From a virus (taxonomy: Duplodnaviria; Heunggongvirae; Uroviricota; Caudoviricetes), in the IMG/VR virus record IMGVR_UViG_3300009614_000107: a DNA stretch of 28,484 nucleotides; one strand, written 5' to 3'. Numbering within the stretch: the first letter of the stretch is position 1; each line of letters starts with the position of its first letter. Shown in pieces: positions 25,590 through 28,484 of this stretch. Position numbers and translations under genes: made by a program. The notes under the pieces are model-generated. The model saw nothing but the letters and a program-made list of their open reading frames with translations. It did not search any database and was not told the origin of the DNA.

Positions 25590-25674
25590 TGGCGGTGAGA
25601 GTGGGGATCGAACCCACGAACACCGAAGTGTACTGGTTTAGCGAACCAGCCCCTTACCGCTAGGGAATCTCACC
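25590..25674 (-). tRNA. tRNA-Ser(GCT) with encoded CCA
   Basis: Acceptor GGTGAGA/TCTCACC, discriminator G, CCA; anticodon stem CTGGT/ACCAG with loop TC-GCT-AA; long variable arm ACAC-TTCG-GTGT; T arm GTGGG-TTCGATC-CCCAC. Confidence 0.9.
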
Positions 25675-25895
25675 ACTCTTCTTTTTCTACGCATCTTCCT
25701 TTTATTACTTGCTATACTGTAGACGTAAACCAATCCAAATACAAGTGTGAAAAAACCCCCCACGAGATGCAAAGGACGTACAGGTAACGAGTATCCCATT
25801 TCTTCGGGTATATGATCCAAATCGAGCACGATCCCAGCACACCCACCAAGAAGTGCCACCCTAAATCCCATATAATCAAAGAGATTGGCCACATT
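25638..25895 (-). CDS. Small membrane protein with DLDH...R..H motif (metal-dependent hydrolase-like); frame ambiguous, possibly a pseudogene
   Basis: One frame gives GIVLDLDHIP...RPLH but runs into the tRNA; an overlapping frame gives MWPISLIIWDLGWHFLVG. Confidence 0.35.
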   Translation of the reverse strand, partial: NVANLFDYMGFRVALLGGCAGIVLDLDHIPEEMGYSLPVRPLHLVGGFFTLVFGLVYVYSIASNKRKMRRKRRVVRFPSGKGLVR

Positions 25896-26814
25896 ACATC
25901 CACTCCTTTGGGACTTTGGATAAATTGCTCTTGGATGAATCATAGACCTGAGTTCCAAGTTTACGCCTCTTGAGTGTCCCATCAAGAGCCTGTAATATTC
26001 TAATCTTGGCTAAGTCTACATACTCTTTTTCCTTATCAATTCCTATTGCTTTTCTGTTATGGAGTACTGCTACTATCAGGGAAGAGCCAACACCCATAAA
26101 TGGGTCGAGAACTATGTCACCTTCATTTGTTAGAGCAAGAACCAGTCGCTCGACAAGTTCAATTGGATATTGACAAGGATGAGTTGTTTTCTCTGGGTGG
26201 TTGGACTTTACATTTGGAATATCCCAGACTTCATTCTCCCAATCTTCAACAAGAACATCCCAGATATCTGATGGATTTTTGCCAAGTGGATTGCCTGAGA
26301 GTTGACCAGCCTTTGCACCATCAAAGTACTTTTTGCCTGGGTATTTCTGTGGGACTCTGATGCTGTCTAAATTGAAAATATAATCATCTGTCTTTGTGAA
26401 CCAGAGAATGGTTTCATATCGACCAGAGAAGCGGTATGTGCAATGGAGTCCGTGACCAAATTTCCAAATTATTCGGTTACGGAGCTTGAGTCCAAGTCTC
26501 TCTCTAAGTATCTGGTAGAAGAAGATGTCGAGTGGATAGACTTCACGATCTGAGATATAGTTGCCAGTCTGCCAACAGATTGAGCCATTGGGCTTCAGGA
26601 TCCTTATGCACTCTGTGAGAATTTCCTGTTGCCAGTCAAGATATTTTCCGAGCTCGGTTCTCTGTTCATATGGCTTGCCTATGTTGTAAGGGGGAGATGT
26701 AACTATCAGGGTCGCTAAGTCTGATGGTGTTGACTTGAGAAATTCTAAACTGTCCGACTGGGATAGCAGAATATCAGATGGCGTGTAGGTGCTGGAGAGA
26801 GTGATATTCATCAT
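25894..26814 (-). CDS. Site-specific DNA methyltransferase (N4-C/N6-A, beta class)
   Basis: TSPPYN precedes HPCQYP and VLDPFMGVGS; no adjacent restriction endonuclease. Confidence 0.92.
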   Translation of the reverse strand: MMNITLSSTYTPSDILLSQSDSLEFLKSTPSDLATLIVTSPPYNIGKPYEQRTELGKYLDWQQEILTECIRILKPNGSICWQTGNYISDREVYPLDIFFYQILRERLGLKLRNRIIWKFGHGLHCTYRFSGRYETILWFTKTDDYIFNLDSIRVPQKYPGKKYFDGAKAGQLSGNPLGKNPSDIWDVLVEDWENEVWDIPNVKSNHPEKTTHPCQYPIELVERLVLALTNEGDIVLDPFMGVGSSLIVAVLHNRKAIGIDKEKEYVDLAKIRILQALDGTLKRRKLGTQVYDSSKSNLSKVPKEWM

Positions 26815-27038
26815 TCTTTCATCTTTTTGTAGTTCGGTGGGAGTTTGTAGAAAGCACTGTAAGTTGCCTCACACCACACCCTGTAGTGGAAGAAGCAGAG
26901 GTCAATCTTTCTGACTGTTGGTTTTTGGAATGGTTTGAAGTGCTCGTTACCACTTGAATCAAGCCAGCCCATACAGGAATCAACCTCATTAAAGGCTTCT
27001 TCACCACAGCCCTTTACATCACAGTATGTCTTTTTCAT
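26811..27038 (-). CDS. Small Zn-binding-like protein
   Basis: YCDVKGC...DLCFFH; ATGA overlap. Confidence 0.6.
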   Translation of the reverse strand: MKKTYCDVKGCGEEAFNEVDSCMGWLDSSGNEHFKPFQKPTVRKIDLCFFHYRVWCEATYSAFYKLPPNYKKMKE

Positions 27039-27560
27039 TTAACCATCACCTAGATTGTTATTTGGTGTGTATGATACCACTGTGAAGATTGCTGTTTGTG
27101 AGTCTAAGTGAATACATTTGATTTTCAGGTCATATATTGTGACTATATCATTCTCGTGGAAATAGAGTGGTTGGAAGGCACTGGTTGAACTGTATGTGTT
27201 CTCCTTTATGGTTATCAGCCCTACTGGGTAGACATTCCAGTTGGCTGACTCAGTTGTGCCACTGAAAAAGCAGACAAATCCACCACGTGCAGCTTTGTAA
27301 TATTCCTGATAGAACATACTTGTGTAAAATTTATCACCAAGACTTAGTTCGAGAGTTTGACCGACTTTGTAATAATTATCGAGTATCTGTGTTCCGTTTG
27401 AAGTGGAAGCGTTAGCGACTGGTGTTGTTGCTGTTGGGTTAGGGAATAAAATAAATACAAATATTCCTAATGTTGCAAACACGGCTATAGTGACAGCAAT
27501 CCATCTAACCATTATTGATTTATTATTTGGTTGTGGATCATCCTTGAGCATATCAATCAA
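27039..27560 (-). CDS. Membrane-anchored beta-rich surface protein
   Basis: N-terminal TM, Thr/Pro linker, NAS and NGT sequons; promoter at 27579-27590. Confidence 0.7.
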   Translation of the reverse strand: MIDMLKDDPQPNNKSIMVRWIAVTIAVFATLGIFVFILFPNPTATTPVANASTSNGTQILDNYYKVGQTLELSLGDKFYTSMFYQEYYKAARGGFVCFFSGTTESANWNVYPVGLITIKENTYSSTSAFQPLYFHENDIVTIYDLKIKCIHLDSQTAIFTVVSYTPNNNLGDG

Positions 27561-27596
27561 AAAGAGATGGATTGTGAATTTATAAATATTTGGAAA

Positions 27597-27767
27597 TTAA
27601 CCGTTTACCCATTCCTCATAGTAGTAGGGTTCACCGTCATAATCTCGACCAGTCTCGAAGGTATGCTTGTGCTGTCGAGCATTACATTGCTGGCAGTATC
27701 TACAGTCCTGACCCAGTTCCTTCCATTCGTGGTAGTGGAAAAACCTCTCGAAGAAAGAGGTGTCCAT
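27597..27767 (-). CDS. Small hypothetical protein (56 aa)
   Basis: Manual ORF MDTSFFERFFHYHEW...CRYCQQC; TATA at about 27790. Confidence 0.55.
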   Translation of the reverse strand: MDTSFFERFFHYHEWKELGQDCRYCQQCNARQHKHTFETGRDYDGEPYYYEEWVNG

Positions 27768-27896
27768 AGGTAGATAGGGAATATAGAATTTTATAAACGT
27801 TTATGAATTTTTGGCTGACCCTTTATCCTTTGTCGTAAAAATTCCTATAATTAATATAAATATAAGTTACCCACACCTTATAATCAGTGAAAAACA

Positions 27897-28064
27897 ATGA
27901 TAGAAGCCTACGAAAGAAAGATTGAAGGAAAAAGAGTCTGGGAAGTCAGGGAAGGAAACGCAACCTTCTACGAGACAAGCATTCAGCGATTGATGAAATA
28001 CGCTGAGTCCGTCAGTGAAACTCTTCACACTCACACACTTGAGGGTGAAACCTTTGTGTTGTAG
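27897..28064 (+). CDS. Small hypothetical protein (55 aa)
   Basis: Manual ORF MIEAYERKIEGKRVWEV... Confidence 0.5.
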   Translation: MIEAYERKIEGKRVWEVREGNATFYETSIQRLMKYAESVSETLHTHTLEGETFVL

Positions 28065-28160
28065 AAGTCTGTGGAAGTCTGACTCAATTAAGACGGTGAA
28101 GGCAGAGGAAGATAAGTAAAATATTTATAAACTCTGAGGCAGAGCTGATAGGGATACAAA

Positions 28161-28484
28161 ATGAGGTTGTTTGGTGAGAAGAAGGCTGTCCCTGTCCCAG
28201 AGGATGTCACATTGAATGTAGGGGAGAAATATATGATTAGGCTGAATAACACTGATGTTGCCTATATCGTGAATTCGGGAAAAAATAATGTGGTCATGCT
28301 GTCTATCATTTACAGTCAGTGGACGTATGGGAATGGAAGGGTAACTAATTTCGGGTATCCCATTTATCTGGATACTGGGATTGAGGAATTTTTTTTCGGA
28401 AATAAGAAGATATCCATTGTGGGCAGGGACGAGAGGTACGTGAGGTTCACTGCCGTGGATGTTGTTGAGGAAAAGAAGGATTAA
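28161..28484 (+). CDS. Beta-rich hypothetical protein
   Basis: ORF track; promoter aatatttataaa at 28120-28131. Confidence 0.7.
   Translation: MRLFGEKKAVPVPEDVTLNVGEKYMIRLNNTDVAYIVNSGKNNVVMLSIIYSQWTYGNGRVTNFGYPIYLDTGIEEFFFGNKKISIVGRDERYVRFTAVDVVEEKKD

Larger units (their letters stand above)
1..28484. mobile_element. Archaeal virus/provirus genome segment, probably spindle-shaped virus type
   Basis: Dense short orphan ORFs with ATGA overlaps, archaeal TATA promoters, TFB homolog, paired hydrophobic capsid-like proteins, tyrosine recombinase, orphan MTase, tRNA; no housekeeping operons. Element ends and att sites not visible. Confidence 0.8.

Noticed and set aside
20090-25674. attP/attL/attR site tied to the recombinase or tRNA
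   Set aside because: No duplicated tRNA fragment or flanking direct repeat found by eye within the window.
18957-26814. Restriction-modification pair (Vsr-like nuclease plus MTase)
   Set aside because: About 6.5 kb apart on opposite strands; no evidence of linkage.

Overview
AT-rich, gene-dense segment of an archaeal virus or provirus, probably spindle-shaped. It encodes a TFB-like cyclin-fold protein, two near-identical 68-aa two-helix major-capsid-like proteins plus a tiny basic protein, a membrane/ATPase module, a tyrosine recombinase, a DNA methyltransferase, NADAR, an ARPP-1-like protein, tRNA-Ser(GCT) and many small orphan or Zn-ribbon ORFs. Many transcription units share the promoter motif AATATTTATAAA. 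The standout is a stand-alone RAMP/Cas7-like gene (3104-3670) with four non-coding units of 11-13 pentamers, (NN-AGT)n on the minus strand, at 2960-3032, 3033-3105, 3752-3816 and 21080-21134. Read as codon positions 1-2 with the wobble base skipped, the variable NN pairs spell protein motifs. Two units match neighbouring viral genes (21/26 and 18/22 nt), with mismatches concentrated at silent first-position Leu/Arg swaps. The other two decode to an SF2-helicase/HsdR-type Walker A motif (MATGTGKTY) and an archaeal receiver-domain motif (FDCVISDYQM). This looks like an RNA-guided, non-contiguous DNA-targeting system, similar to what I recall as VIPR (GGY/NN repeats), here an archaeal AGU/NN variant. 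All calls are by eye; no database searches were run.
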